DNA of 64,000 nt from an uncultured virus (IMG/VR IMGVR_UViG_3300028552_000008) (lineage: Duplodnaviria > Heunggongvirae > Uroviricota > Caudoviricetes): IMG/VR virus record IMGVR_UViG_3300028552_000008, one strand, 5' to 3'. The translations under genes were made by a program, and so were the position numbers. Of this stretch, positions 1-10,911 are shown one piece after another (within the stretch, counting starts at the first letter, position 1; every line of letters starts with the position of its first letter). The notes beneath the pieces are model-generated. The model saw nothing but the letters and a program-made list of their open reading frames with translations, did not search any database and was not told the DNA's origin.

Positions 1-1194
1 GTAAGCATCTACTACATGATGAGTAGGAAACTTACTTATAATAGGATCAGTAGCTACAAGTTCTTGTAGTAATAATGCTCTATCCCTGTTCGCTTCAGGA
101 GTATTAGTACTGGCACTCAATTCTGGTTTACCTTGTTTATCCTTATAACCTGAAAAGCTTTTAGTTATATTCATGAGGTCAATTGCAGACTTAATTCTAC
201 TATCAAACTCCTCCTCTACCGCAGCTTTCTTTTCAGCAATACAAGTCATAACCGGATCTTCAGGGTCAGCCTTGGCAATCTTACTTCTTTCTGCCTTGAT
301 AGATGCATCGACCTGGGCTAACAAAGAATCAGTATCTGCTATCTTTTCTATATCTTGTTTAAACAATCCTTTAAAATAACTCTGTTCAAAATTAAGGTTA
401 TAGGCTGCATCTTCTGACTTTACGGTAGCTTCTTTAAGATATGTTACACTATTAATAAACTTATCATATAGTTCAGTTTCATTACATAGTGCAGCTAATT
501 TAATGTTGGAATCATGAACACCTCTTTCTTCTTTTAGATTAGAGGTTTTATATAACAAATCCAAATATCCATTACTAGCATTACCATACTTACTAAATAC
601 GCTAGTTTCAAATTCATGCCAGGCAGATCTACAATCATTACTCTCAGCGAATTTTCTAAGTATATTGCAGAAGTTTTTATTTACTTCAAATTCAGCATCT
701 AATCTATCTGCTTCAGCATCATAGGCTTGTTTTTGTAATTTACTAATATATTTTACACTCTTATCATAAGCACCAGATTTACTTAATTCATTTTTACCTA
801 CATCTTCAGTAAGTATTAGTTTAGCATAAGCTTCTTTATAAGGTCCTGGCTCCAAATATCTTGCAAATTTAGGAGCAGTTTCTTGGATTTGAAAAGAAGA
901 GAATAGTTCTGATTCCAATTCTGAGGCAGTCTTTTCTTTTCCGCTATATATATCTTCAGCAACTTTGGCTGCATCAACTATGGGAAAATCATCAGCTTTT
1001 GAGTCTGGATGCTTCTTAAAGTGATCATAGTGCAAAGCTACATTAATAGCTTCACAACTACGCTTAATAAAGTTATGATTAAGTTCCAGTGATTTAGCAA
1101 CCTTAGTAGCTGCTTCTTGAGGTGGAGTACCAGTATTTATCTCAGTAACTATCTCATGGACTGCAAATTTTACCAATTCTTCAGGTGTGCGCAT
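1..1194 (-). CDS. Hypothetical protein, partial (runs off the left edge), with K-x-A motifs
   Basis: Hand translation from ATG at 1194 gives MRTPEELVKFAVHEIVTEINTG...KEKTASELE...; absent from the ORF track, consistent with no stop inside the window. Confidence 0.75.
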   Translation of the reverse strand, partial: MRTPEELVKFAVHEIVTEINTGTPPQEAATKVAKSLELNHNFIKRSCEAINVALHYDHFKKHPDSKADDFPIVDAAKVAEDIYSGKEKTASELESELFSSFQIQETAPKFARYLEPGPYKEAYAKLILTEDVGKNELSKSGAYDKSVKYISKLQKQAYDAEADRLDAEFEVNKNFCNILRKFAESNDCRSAWHEFETSVFSKYGNASNGYLDLLYKTSNLKEERGVHDSNIKLAALCNETELYDKFINSVTYLKEATVKSEDAAYNLNFEQSYFKGLFKQDIEKIADTDSLLAQVDASIKAERSKIAKADPEDPVMTCIAEKKAAVEEEFDSRIKSAIDLMNITKSFSGYKDKQGKPELSASTNTPEANRDRALLLQELVATDPIISKFPTHHVVDAY

Positions 1195-1246
1195 AAAAGT
1201 GTTTGTTATATCTATATTAATATGTTATATAATTCTAGTCAATTCA

Positions 1247-2317
1247 TTAAGGCTTTACCTCCAACACATCTACATATGAAGGATATTTGCCTGGATTCTC
1301 TAATAACATCATTTCTCTTAAGTTTTCCATTAAAGTATTATCTTCTACGGTAAGACTTACAGTTTCATTGATACCCAACTCTTTTTCTATTCTTTTAGCA
1401 TTCAACCTCATTACTGCAGCCCTTTGTTCAAGTTCAAGTCTGTGTAGATTAGCATTAACATAACCTACTACAGAATTATTAAAGATAACTGATTCTTTAA
1501 GACTAGTTATGGCAAATCTCTGATCCATTAAGTTATCCACACCTGCTCCAGCTAAATAAGACTTAACCTCATCCCTTTCATCTTCAGTTAATACTTGATG
1601 TCCCAATATACTTCTTAAACCCAGTTCTCCTAAATCATAAATACGCTTAAATGCATGATAATCAGCATCATCTATCTCTTTATTATTGGCTAATTGTCTT
1701 AAGCAACTATATTGAACTAACTTATCTTTAGGCCAGCCAGAATAGTCAAAGAATATTAATCTTAAAGCTTCTATGAATTTAACTGGCTTATACCATTGTT
1801 TAGCTAGTTCTATATCTGTTTTATTACCATATATACTATAATTTAACCATTTACAATTAGTCTCATTAGTCTTGGTTTTATAGAACTTTATAGCTTCTGA
1901 AATATACTCATTAGCTTCATAGTTATAGCAATGAAAGATAAGTTTTTGAACATAATCGTCATTAATCTTTTTAACCTTATTAATGTTCCAGTTAATCATC
2001 CCTGCCCGGTTATTATTGAAAGTAACTTTTCTAACCCTATTATTAAAGTATCTTTTATCCCAAACTTTTATAAGTTGTTGATAAAGTAAGGCTGGAAGCT
2101 TGTTATATAATTGTTTAATATATATAGGTAGATCATAAGAATCTACAGGAACGATACCATTAGAAATTAAACGCTTTAAATTGCCTGAGTTAACACCGGG
2201 CTGGGAACAGAACTTTTCAAATCCAAATCGTTCAGGGTAAAAAGCTAATTGATATCTCCAGGAAGGGGATTGAAACTGAGTCCCCATCTTGCTGATTGGA
2301 ACTATAGGTAAAAGCAT
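1247..2317 (-). CDS. Hypothetical protein
   Basis: 356-aa ORF co-oriented with its neighbours; no recognised motif. Confidence 0.75.
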   Translation of the reverse strand: MLLPIVPISKMGTQFQSPSWRYQLAFYPERFGFEKFCSQPGVNSGNLKRLISNGIVPVDSYDLPIYIKQLYNKLPALLYQQLIKVWDKRYFNNRVRKVTFNNNRAGMINWNINKVKKINDDYVQKLIFHCYNYEANEYISEAIKFYKTKTNETNCKWLNYSIYGNKTDIELAKQWYKPVKFIEALRLIFFDYSGWPKDKLVQYSCLRQLANNKEIDDADYHAFKRIYDLGELGLRSILGHQVLTEDERDEVKSYLAGAGVDNLMDQRFAITSLKESVIFNNSVVGYVNANLHRLELEQRAAVMRLNAKRIEKELGINETVSLTVEDNTLMENLREMMLLENPGKYPSYVDVLEVKP

Positions 2318-2340
2318 GATTACTATCTGATTCCATCTAA

Positions 2341-2628
2341 TTAAATACTAAATGGTTTATTATTTAGATTTGGAACTACTCCCGGTACTTGAGATATTGG
2401 ATTTTGTTGTCTGAACTGGGAGAGTAATTGGTAGAAAGGGAGTTGTTGTGCTCCTGATTGATTTTGTGGTTGTGAAGGTTGAGCTGGTCTAGTAGCTTGA
2501 GGTCCTGGTTGATTCATTGCAGGGTTAGGTTGTGACATATTACTCATTGCACCTAAAGCCGGAATTTGACCACCTTCTCCTAACGCTGCTTTTATAAAAC
2601 CATTAATATATGCATCTTCTATTGTCAT
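2341..2628 (-). CDS. Small Q/P-rich protein with AYINGFIKAA leader
   Basis: Start at MTIEDAYINGFIKAA avoids overlap with the upstream gene; leader shared with other ORFs. Confidence 0.7.
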   Translation of the reverse strand: MTIEDAYINGFIKAALGEGGQIPALGAMSNMSQPNPAMNQPGPQATRPAQPSQPQNQSGAQQLPFYQLLSQFRQQNPISQVPGVVPNLNNKPFSI

Positions 2629-2629
2629 A

Positions 2630-4873
2630 TTATATATCATTTTTAGATTGGTCATTAGAATTGATATCCATATTTGGCATCTGTTTTTTTAGGAAGATTA
2701 CCAGATCTCCTAAATTATTAAATACATTTTTAACTAATTCAATTAGTTCTGGAAGTTGATCTTTGCCGAACAATTCATCAAATTCATCAGTATTCCAATA
2801 AGTTAAAAACAACATTTTACCAAGTTTATCTAGAGCCGATACAAAGTTAGGCACGTATTCCTGTATTTTATCTCCAGAATTAGTATATTTAGCCAATGCA
2901 CCAATAGTCTGGGTATCGAATATTTCTTTTTGTCCTTGTTGAGCTAATTGAACTGCATGATTGATTGTACCGTCTAATTGTGCTTCATCAGGCTTAACCC
3001 CCAAACCTTGCTGTGTAGGATCTTTGGTATACCCATCACTACAATCATGCTGGTCTACCCAAGGAATGCCATAATAAGTAGGTTGCCCAGCTTCATTACT
3101 TTCCGGAGTTTCATCTTGTAGAGTTAAAGTATGGTCACCTAACACAGATATTTTAACCATTCCTTCTCTTTTCTTATTAGGAATTAGGTCAGCCAAAACT
3201 GCCTCTGCATCCTTTTCTCTCAATCCAATATCAGTAACCATTGCAATTTTAGCTTCAAGTGGATTTGCATAAGTTACTTTTGCGCCAGCTACATTAAGGA
3301 AGAAGTCACTACCATTTGTGTGTAAAGTTAACGGGAAAGTATTGTTCTCTCTAAGGAAACTAGTTAGATAACATAGACCACCAGGTTTGCCAGACTTGAT
3401 TTCAGACTGCTGTTTCTGACCCTCCATTCTCTGTTTATCTTGTTGTGTCTTGGAAGCAGAATAATCTATGTCAGGACGATAATAAGAACTTAAATGTATT
3501 TTAAGCAATTTGAATCCTTTAGGAACATAGACAGCCTTATTACGATGTTCTAGTTTATCCCCTGGTTTTTTAGTAAGTACCAATATTGTTTCGCCATTGT
3601 CTTTCTTCCTAGGTTCACCACAGTTATAAGCTTTTTTAGCTTCATTATACCAGGTAGGTTCAATTTTAAGCCTTCTAATACCAGAACCATCTTTATAGTT
3701 CTCAATGATTCTAAAAGGTTCAGTAGCTTTAAGATTCTCATTCAATAATACATAGTCATCATAGCTAGGCAAGGCTTCAGCTAATTCCTCCAAATTCTTC
3801 ATAGCCTCACTTATATCTTTAACTACTATTTGGTCCTTAATAAATATATCCTTTACATTGCAATCATAGGCCTGTCCCGGTCTAGCTGCTTGTAAATCTA
3901 TAACCAAGGCTTTATCATGACCATAACCAGGTATTAATGATTCAACACTAGTTAATACTAACCCATATCTAATAGTACCTAACTCAGTTATATATGGATA
4001 AAAACCAGTTTGTACAGGGTTGCTAAACTGCTCAGTAAACTTAAAGATACCAACTTCAGATATCTCTTCCTTCATTCTATTATCTACAATAGAAATTCCT
4101 TTAGTAACCAGTTCTTTCTTAGTATGTTCAGACAAATCTTTAAAGTTAGTTTCGGTATCAAAGTCTATTACCTTTAATTTCTTAGGTTTAGCTTCTTTTA
4201 CAATAGCTGGAACAGTCAAAGCTTCAGCAATTGCATTATCAGAATAGAATGTCCTGACAGCATCAGTAAATTCAGCATTCTTATTCATAACGTCCCAAAA
4301 TGCTTCTTTAACTGAATTATCCGAGTTTTTTATATAATCTAATAAAGAAGGGATAGGGAGAAAATCTTTTTTATCTAACAAGCTCTCAGCAACCTTATCA
4401 AATACTTCTGAATTCTTTTCTTCCAAATCTTTAGCTTCAGCATAACTAATACGTCCAGTACGAGGAGGCCAGATCACATTACGCATACTAGGAGCAACAA
4501 TATCTTTTTGCACATCCTCTTTACGTTGATTGCTTACACTTCCCATCCCAGTTACATCATCTTTTAAGAATAGTTCTGCAAAATCTTCAGTAAGTGGGTA
4601 CATTTGTTGATTGTTCTTACTATATAGTATGTCCAAGTCTTTAATTTTTCCATCAACAAAGAAAGCAGGGACAAACATGATTTGTCCATTATTACTCTTA
4701 AATCCAAAAACACCCACAGCTTTGGTATCGTTATCACTCTTTTTAATTAGCTGGAAGCCTACTAAGAATGGTACTAGGTTACTTAGTTTGCCTTGTAACT
4801 TATCATATGCAAGAGTAAAGAACGCTTTCTCAAAATCATCCTCAGAACTCGCTAATTTAGTTGAACTATTCAT
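2630..4873 (-). CDS. Large hypothetical protein, probably virion-associated
   Basis: 747-aa ORF with N-terminal TKLAS; lies among leader-bearing genes. Confidence 0.7.
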   Translation of the reverse strand: MNSSTKLASSEDDFEKAFFTLAYDKLQGKLSNLVPFLVGFQLIKKSDNDTKAVGVFGFKSNNGQIMFVPAFFVDGKIKDLDILYSKNNQQMYPLTEDFAELFLKDDVTGMGSVSNQRKEDVQKDIVAPSMRNVIWPPRTGRISYAEAKDLEEKNSEVFDKVAESLLDKKDFLPIPSLLDYIKNSDNSVKEAFWDVMNKNAEFTDAVRTFYSDNAIAEALTVPAIVKEAKPKKLKVIDFDTETNFKDLSEHTKKELVTKGISIVDNRMKEEISEVGIFKFTEQFSNPVQTGFYPYITELGTIRYGLVLTSVESLIPGYGHDKALVIDLQAARPGQAYDCNVKDIFIKDQIVVKDISEAMKNLEELAEALPSYDDYVLLNENLKATEPFRIIENYKDGSGIRRLKIEPTWYNEAKKAYNCGEPRKKDNGETILVLTKKPGDKLEHRNKAVYVPKGFKLLKIHLSSYYRPDIDYSASKTQQDKQRMEGQKQQSEIKSGKPGGLCYLTSFLRENNTFPLTLHTNGSDFFLNVAGAKVTYANPLEAKIAMVTDIGLREKDAEAVLADLIPNKKREGMVKISVLGDHTLTLQDETPESNEAGQPTYYGIPWVDQHDCSDGYTKDPTQQGLGVKPDEAQLDGTINHAVQLAQQGQKEIFDTQTIGALAKYTNSGDKIQEYVPNFVSALDKLGKMLFLTYWNTDEFDELFGKDQLPELIELVKNVFNNLGDLVIFLKKQMPNMDINSNDQSKNDI

Positions 4874-4957
4874 AAATTGAAAGAAGAAGGCTTCTTATAT
4901 ATACTCATCTTCACTTATTATTATCATATTAGGAAAGTTATAGTTAAGCAATGTCTA

Positions 4958-6241
4958 TTATACATTAGCTAATTCACTCCTAACTTTATTTTGCATCATT
5001 TTATTCTCATTATTCAAGTTGTCTATGTCTTTATTATGATAATGATTATAAGCACCTATAGCAGCTGTAGGGGCTCCAATAATACCACCAGCTACTAGAT
5101 ATGGTTTTAAAGCTTCCCATCCCGTAGCAGGCTTAGAAGGTGCTACGGGTAAGCCAGGTTTAAAACTATCATTAATATTCTGTCCTATCTGCTTAATCTT
5201 TTGAACTGAGTTGGATTTGTCAAAGTTAATATTCTCAGCACCAGCACCTTCAATACCTTCAATAAGATTAGCTGGAGTCTTAAATACATTACTGCCTAAT
5301 CGTGTTAATGCTTTTGGAAGAGTATCAAAGTTACCACTATTATCATTTTGTCTTTCAGCTATAGTCTCTGCACTACCTAATATAGCTGAAGGAATCATTA
5401 AACTCTTGACTGGATTCCTAGTAATAAAATTGTTTAACAGAGTATTAGGATGATTTACATTCTTTTGTAATATGTTTAGAGGAACTGCATTATCTTTAGC
5501 ATTACTTATCAGTTCTTGTAATTTATCAACTCCAATATTAGATGGTCGGTTTATATATTTTTTAAACAGAGGGTTGTCTACTATTCTATCCAATACTGAT
5601 GCTTGTTTATGAGTAAGCATCTGTAATAAAGCATTTGTTCTTTCAGCTTCTTCTTTTCTATGCTTCCTAGTAATGGCATCATAAGCCATAACCGGGCCAG
5701 CAGAAAGAGCGGTAGCCCCTAATATGCTTTTAACTGGATGATTCGCCATATCTTGCATAGTACTAGAGAATATGCCTTTACCAAATTCCTTGCCTGCCTC
5801 ATTATAAAGAGGACCCATTTTCTCATTAGCCTTGTCTATTAATGCTTCAGCAAATTCATTTCTAGTAGTAGGATTAGTTATATTAGATAGTGAATCCAAT
5901 ACTTTCTGAGCATTAGGATTTTTATCTACACTATTTAATACACTATCAGAAGCAGAACCAAGAGCAGGACCAGCACCAGTAGCATTAAGTATTGCACTAG
6001 TTAGATGGCCTACTTGTCTACCAGTCCAAGGAGCACCACCCATTTCTAGATGACCGTGTAAAGCATTATTAATAGTCCTTCCACCTGATTCTAGAGTTGC
6101 TGAGGCTAACCCTGCTCCCAAACCTAGACCGGCAGCACCTTTCAAACCAGCTCTACTATAATCAAATATACGTCCTAATTGAGATAATACGTTAGCTTTC
6201 TTATCAATGAAATTAGTCAAAGCTTTAGTATTGGCATTCAT
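4958..6241 (-). CDS. Glycine-zipper membrane-type protein
   Basis: GLKGAAGLGLGAGLA and LVAGGIIGAPTAAIG segments; FIDKKA and THKQA motifs; start MNANTK abuts the upstream stop. Confidence 0.7.
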   Translation of the reverse strand: MNANTKALTNFIDKKANVLSQLGRIFDYSRAGLKGAAGLGLGAGLASATLESGGRTINNALHGHLEMGGAPWTGRQVGHLTSAILNATGAGPALGSASDSVLNSVDKNPNAQKVLDSLSNITNPTTRNEFAEALIDKANEKMGPLYNEAGKEFGKGIFSSTMQDMANHPVKSILGATALSAGPVMAYDAITRKHRKEEAERTNALLQMLTHKQASVLDRIVDNPLFKKYINRPSNIGVDKLQELISNAKDNAVPLNILQKNVNHPNTLLNNFITRNPVKSLMIPSAILGSAETIAERQNDNSGNFDTLPKALTRLGSNVFKTPANLIEGIEGAGAENINFDKSNSVQKIKQIGQNINDSFKPGLPVAPSKPATGWEALKPYLVAGGIIGAPTAAIGAYNHYHNKDIDNLNNENKMMQNKVRSELANV

Positions 6242-6242
6242 A

Positions 6243-8582
6243 TTACTCAAATGATAACTGCTCTTCCAGTTCTTCTGCAAATTTATGGGTCCCAAATCCT
6301 TTGGCATATGCAAGCCCTGGTATTGGAGATGGTCCCTCCAAACTACTAGAAGCTCCAGTATTGACAGCCTTTATTAATCTACGTTCCAGATTAGTACTAT
6401 ATAAGGTATGCATCCAGTCATGTTCATGTGCTGGGACATCTAATAATCTTTGCATTTCTGGTTCAAATTCAGGTTTTGTCTCATTTACCGTAACATAATC
6501 GATATTATGTTTCTTCAACTCATTAATTACAGTACTGGTGATTCTAGTTCCTATTGTATAGTGTAATTCAGGTATTTCCAAGTATAAACCTTGAGCCATA
6601 TCAGTTCTGACCTTCTTACTATTAGTTCTAGGAGAATAGGCTTTCTCCAGTGTATGATAATTTACTATACTGTCTGGCAAGTTATTCCCTAAGCCTTTAG
6701 GATTGGTTATTTTAACATGAGTAATTAAACCTTTACTTATAATATCAAAATTACGTTTATTTATTCCACCTAATTGACTAGTTTCAAATGTATCTTTAAT
6801 AGCTTTGGAGAAATACCTTCTACCTTCTCCAATACCTTTATGCTTTGTTATTTTAGCTGGATTAGGTATACCATCACTTAACACATCACCTTCTTCAACT
6901 AGCTGGCCTGATTTAACCAATACTTTCAAATCTGGGTGTACATAATATTCTTCAAGTTTTCCATTATCATGCTTAATAACTATATAATGACCTCCTTGTG
7001 GTGCTACTCTTACTTCTTCTATCTTACCATCAGAGTCAGCTATTGGGGCTTCATGGACAAATGAATCCGGGATATTAAATAATTGATTGATGTATTTAAA
7101 GCCACCAAATTGATTAGAACCAGTTGCACTACCTCCCTTGTGCTTACTATTATGTACTATTAAGCCATTCGCTAATACAAATAAAGCATCTTTACTATCT
7201 ACTTCAATATCCCAACATTGTATTAATCCTAGATACTCTGGTTTATTGTATAGTACTACCCAATAATCATTTGTAGTAACTACATCTATAGTTTCATCAA
7301 TATCTTTTAGAGGCATTTCTGTTAATACATTACTACATTCCAGGGTTTCACAAAGTATCTTATGATTCTCTGTAGCATATAGTTCAATTACTTTATCTTT
7401 ATTATCTATAAATATATATTTATTAACAGGTTGTAATCCTTGATTGAATAACCTTAGAACTTTGACTGGAGAGGTTTGACCAGCGTTATCAGAGCCAAGC
7501 ACCATATCTCCGACCTTTATATCTTGAATAGCTTTAATAGAATAATCTGCCATTCTTACTAGTGTTCCTTCAGCTAAACAGTTTAACGCCCCTTGTGCTA
7601 CTGGTTCTGCTGCTGAAGTACCGGCAACAACTCCAATAAAAGAATTAAGTTCAGACAAGCCTTTACCTCTGATACCCACACATAATTGACAAAGAGCACT
7701 AGAAGTTCCATCATGACTAGCTTCACAAGTTATAGGATTTCTAACTACAATCTCTTCTATGCCTTTGCTTTTTAGAATACCCAGCATACTAGAGGTAACT
7801 TCATTATTATAGTGATATTTGTCTATAGGATGAGCTAAGAACGAACCGATGTAATCATTATCATTTGTTTTTACAGGTATTCCATTATGAGTACCACAAT
7901 CATGTTCTTCTATCACCATTGTCATGTTTGCTCTAGCTAATTGCTTGCCTAAAAACCCACCTTCTGCCACTGATAATTTTGTGGCCGCGCTGGCTTGTCT
8001 CGCACCAAAAGTATGTGCCAAATATTGGGGCAAGGTTAATCCTTCAGCAAAAGATCTATCAATAATAAAATCAGTTAGAATACCGCCTTTATTATCGTTA
8101 ACGGCTACTGGGGAGAAAATAGTTTGACGATATTGTTCGGGACTCCCTCTCGCTCCGGCTTTAACTACCTTGGCTAGAGTCTTATTATCTTTAAGGCCTT
8201 CTTCTATTATTTCCTTATTTGCAGTGTCAGAAAACTTGTTGAGCAAATTTGTTAGTTCATCATCTTCTTTCTTTTTAGGTAACTTTTTATCCTTTATGCT
8301 CTTAATCTCTTTATTGAGTTCTTTAAATCTCTCATCTTTAAAGGAGGGTGGAAGCAAGTCACCTAGTCTGACAGTACTACCCAACCTAGTAGCTGATTCA
8401 AACCCAAGTCTAGTTAAATCTGATACTACTTTCTTATAACTATCTTCATTATGCTCTGCTAAATTAGAGAAGAAAGCACCTATATTCTTCTTATCCAAAT
8501 CTTTGCTTTCTATAAATGAATGAGAGTTAGCAGGAGAGTAATGCTTAAGCAGGATTTTGCCTACTGTTGTTACCTCAGACAT
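6243..8582 (-). CDS. rpoC: RNA polymerase beta' C-terminal fragment, intein-containing
   Basis: KAGARGS; SFAEGLT..Y...FGARQ; bridge-helix-like TKLSVAEGGFLGKQL; Zn ligands EHDCGT and C...LCQLC; trigger-loop region AEPVAQGALN|SKHKGG. Confidence 0.92.
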   Translation of the reverse strand: MSEVTTVGKILLKHYSPANSHSFIESKDLDKKNIGAFFSNLAEHNEDSYKKVVSDLTRLGFESATRLGSTVRLGDLLPPSFKDERFKELNKEIKSIKDKKLPKKKEDDELTNLLNKFSDTANKEIIEEGLKDNKTLAKVVKAGARGSPEQYRQTIFSPVAVNDNKGGILTDFIIDRSFAEGLTLPQYLAHTFGARQASAATKLSVAEGGFLGKQLARANMTMVIEEHDCGTHNGIPVKTNDNDYIGSFLAHPIDKYHYNNEVTSSMLGILKSKGIEEIVVRNPITCEASHDGTSSALCQLCVGIRGKGLSELNSFIGVVAGTSAAEPVAQGALNCLAEGTLVRMADYSIKAIQDIKVGDMVLGSDNAGQTSPVKVLRLFNQGLQPVNKYIFIDNKDKVIELYATENHKILCETLECSNVLTEMPLKDIDETIDVVTTNDYWVVLYNKPEYLGLIQCWDIEVDSKDALFVLANGLIVHNSKHKGGSATGSNQFGGFKYINQLFNIPDSFVHEAPIADSDGKIEEVRVAPQGGHYIVIKHDNGKLEEYYVHPDLKVLVKSGQLVEEGDVLSDGIPNPAKITKHKGIGEGRRYFSKAIKDTFETSQLGGINKRNFDIISKGLITHVKITNPKGLGNNLPDSIVNYHTLEKAYSPRTNSKKVRTDMAQGLYLEIPELHYTIGTRITSTVINELKKHNIDYVTVNETKPEFEPEMQRLLDVPAHEHDWMHTLYSTNLERRLIKAVNTGASSSLEGPSPIPGLAYAKGFGTHKFAEELEEQLSFE
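7149..7580 (-). mobile_element. Mini-intein (144 aa, no endonuclease) in beta' C fragment
   Basis: Starts CLAEGTLVRMAD; block B ATENHKI; ends WDIEVD...LANGLIVHN followed by Ser. Confidence 0.92.
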
Positions 8583-8584
8583 AA

Positions 8585-9256
8585 TTAGTGATTGCTATAT
8601 AGTTCAAATAGAGAAGATTTCTTTACTATTTGAAATCTAGCAGGTGTAAGATCTAATACTTTAAGACTGCAAGAAATACCTAATATATCCGCCATAGCTA
8701 AGTGATGATGTCCGTCAAGGATACTATCATTGAGTAACAATATATACTTATTATTATTCTTGGCTTGAAATTTATCGGCTAAAGCTTTCTTACCTAGTTT
8801 AGTCATTTCTTTCTTTATATGAGATTTAGCAGATTCGTAGTTATGTATATCTACTTTAGGTAATAGCTCACTAGTTGTCATACCATAAAGTACGAGTTTG
8901 GTATCTTTATCAGCTCCAGGAGCAAATTTTAATACATCTGCTTGAGTATCTTTGGGTAGGCTATTTACTGTAATATCAGCTACATAAGCAGAAGCAACCT
9001 TGCCAAATTCAGACTTATTCGGTTCAGGTTTAGCTATATCAGGCATCCATTTATCAATTTTTTGGTCAACCTCATCTTTAGTACGATTTGTTAGTGGCTG
9101 ATTCTGTTCCTGGGCATGTAAAGCTGGTTGTTCGATTTCTTCTGTTTCTTCAGCATTAACTAGCTGGTCTAGTAAGGATGAAGCAGCCTTCTTTACTTTT
9201 ACATCCTTGGACTCTGCTGACTTTTCAAGAAATGATTGGATAACATTAAAGTTCAT
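8585..9256 (-). CDS. Protein with C-terminal ParB/sulfiredoxin-like motif
   Basis: ILLLNDSILDGHHHL resembles the I-DGHHR motif; N-terminal SFLEKSA. Confidence 0.5.
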   Translation of the reverse strand: MNFNVIQSFLEKSAESKDVKVKKAASSLLDQLVNAEETEEIEQPALHAQEQNQPLTNRTKDEVDQKIDKWMPDIAKPEPNKSEFGKVASAYVADITVNSLPKDTQADVLKFAPGADKDTKLVLYGMTTSELLPKVDIHNYESAKSHIKKEMTKLGKKALADKFQAKNNNKYILLLNDSILDGHHHLAMADILGISCSLKVLDLTPARFQIVKKSSLFELYSNH

Positions 9257-9258
9257 TG

Positions 9259-9960
9259 TTAGATTTCTGGATTTCCGCCTGGTTCATCTTCACCATTATC
9301 ATATTCACTATCTTCTGATTTTCTATGCTTGCTATATAGATAAGCCCCTAAACCACCTAAACCTGCAGCGCCCAAACCTAATTCATAAGGAACTTTGTTG
9401 TTACTAATATGATTGGATAATACTTCAAATAAAGATTGGGGAGAAATATCATTCTTATGTAAAGCTTGTTCTGCTCCAGTTATAGCTCCATGTATACTAG
9501 GTTTAATAGTAGTATTAGCATTTACATTATTAAATACATTACCTAATCCTTGACCAGCATAATGAGCACCTATGCCTCCACCTACTCCAAGTCCGGCAGC
9601 AGTACCTAGTCCCATGTCACCAACTGATTTACTTTTGAATAGTTTACTCAATACGGATTTGGCATCAATATTAGCTGGTTCTGGTTTACTATTTAATTTA
9701 AGTTGATTTCCTCCAAAGCCATCTAATTTAATCTTATTACTTATAGAACCTAGATTAAGTTTACTAGATGGAAAGTCAGAACTAGAAGGAGCTTTAGGTA
9801 TAGCTAAATTAGAAACAGCTGCCTCTGGTATAGAAGCACCAGTAGCCTCAGTAGCACCAGTAACTTCAGGTTTAAGTACATTAGCCAATTCTTCAAATGA
9901 CTTAATAGGATTTGCAGAAGCTTTAATAAATCCGTTAATAAATGCGTTATTTAGATTCAT
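9259..9960 (-). CDS. Glycine-zipper protein with NAFINGFIKAS leader
   Basis: GLGTAAGLGVGGGIG and GLGAAGLGGLGAYL segments. Confidence 0.75.
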   Translation of the reverse strand: MNLNNAFINGFIKASANPIKSFEELANVLKPEVTGATEATGASIPEAAVSNLAIPKAPSSSDFPSSKLNLGSISNKIKLDGFGGNQLKLNSKPEPANIDAKSVLSKLFKSKSVGDMGLGTAAGLGVGGGIGAHYAGQGLGNVFNNVNANTTIKPSIHGAITGAEQALHKNDISPQSLFEVLSNHISNNKVPYELGLGAAGLGGLGAYLYSKHRKSEDSEYDNGEDEPGGNPEI

Positions 9961-10610
9961 ATACCTAGACCTTGTTGGGGTTGGGCTGATTGTGCTGGTT
10001 GGGTTGGTTGTGCAGGATTACTACCATCCATCGGCCCACTACCATAAATACCTCCACCCATCATACCTTGTTGTTGCTGTTGTTGCATCATTTGTTCTTG
10101 TTGTTGCTTCTGCTGTTCTTCTCTCTGCTTCTGTTGCTCTTCCCTATGCATCTTAGCACGTTCATATTGATGCTTTTCTTTTAATTGTTCAGTCTTCAAA
10201 TGACTCTGTGTTGCCTTCCCGCCACTATGTAAATCTAATAGATCAGCTACACTTAATGTAACTGTAGTATCTTTTAACCCTCTAGACTGTTGTTTTGGGG
10301 CTAAATCATCACTTTGTCCTGGTTGTGGCTGACCTCCCTGACTCAGATCTTGCTGAGGTTGACCCTGGCCTTCTTGTTGCATTCCTTGGCCTTGACCCAT
10401 TTGTTGAGCTAATTGAGCCATCTGTTGTGGGTCTGGTTGTTGACCTGATCCACCTTGACTTGGTTGTGGAGATTGTGAAGATTGTGGAGGTTGAGGTTGT
10501 TGCCCAGGTAAACCTCCTTGTTGTTGAGCAGCAGTACTATTAGGTGATGGTATAAATGCTTGTTTATGCATCATACTACCTATTTCTTCTAAGATTTGTC
10601 TGTAAGTCAT
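9957..10610 (-). CDS. Gln/Gly/Pro-rich low-complexity protein
   Basis: Poly-Q and QPQ tracts after MMHKQA; stop overlaps the next start. Confidence 0.75.
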   Translation of the reverse strand: MTYRQILEEIGSMMHKQAFIPSPNSTAAQQQGGLPGQQPQPPQSSQSPQPSQGGSGQQPDPQQMAQLAQQMGQGQGMQQEGQGQPQQDLSQGGQPQPGQSDDLAPKQQSRGLKDTTVTLSVADLLDLHSGGKATQSHLKTEQLKEKHQYERAKMHREEQQKQREEQQKQQQEQMMQQQQQQGMMGGGIYGSGPMDGSNPAQPTQPAQSAQPQQGLGI

Positions 10611-10673
10611 ATTAAAATTGGTATTATCTCTATTTCAAAGTTCTATCTATTATGGAGATTGATGGTAGTTATA

Positions 10674-10895
10674 TTAATGATACTTTTGTAATAGTTTCTC
10701 ACTTTCCCAGGCCACAGCTTCATCAATAATAAATTCTTCCAAGGATTTTTTAACATTAGCTAATCTACCTTGGTCTATTCTACCCTTTAATTTACTTTTA
10801 GGCAAATCAATATCTCTTAGTTGAGTTAGAGCTTCTATCAACTTATCTAATTTCTGTTGTTCGTTCAATACTAACCATACATCTCTAGTTATCAT
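10674..10895 (-). CDS. Small hypothetical protein
   Basis: 73-aa ORF filling the gap between co-oriented genes. Confidence 0.6.
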   Translation of the reverse strand: MITRDVWLVLNEQQKLDKLIEALTQLRDIDLPKSKLKGRIDQGRLANVKKSLEEFIIDEAVAWESEKLLQKYH

Positions 10896-10911
10896 ATAAG
10901 GTCTTCTTCTT

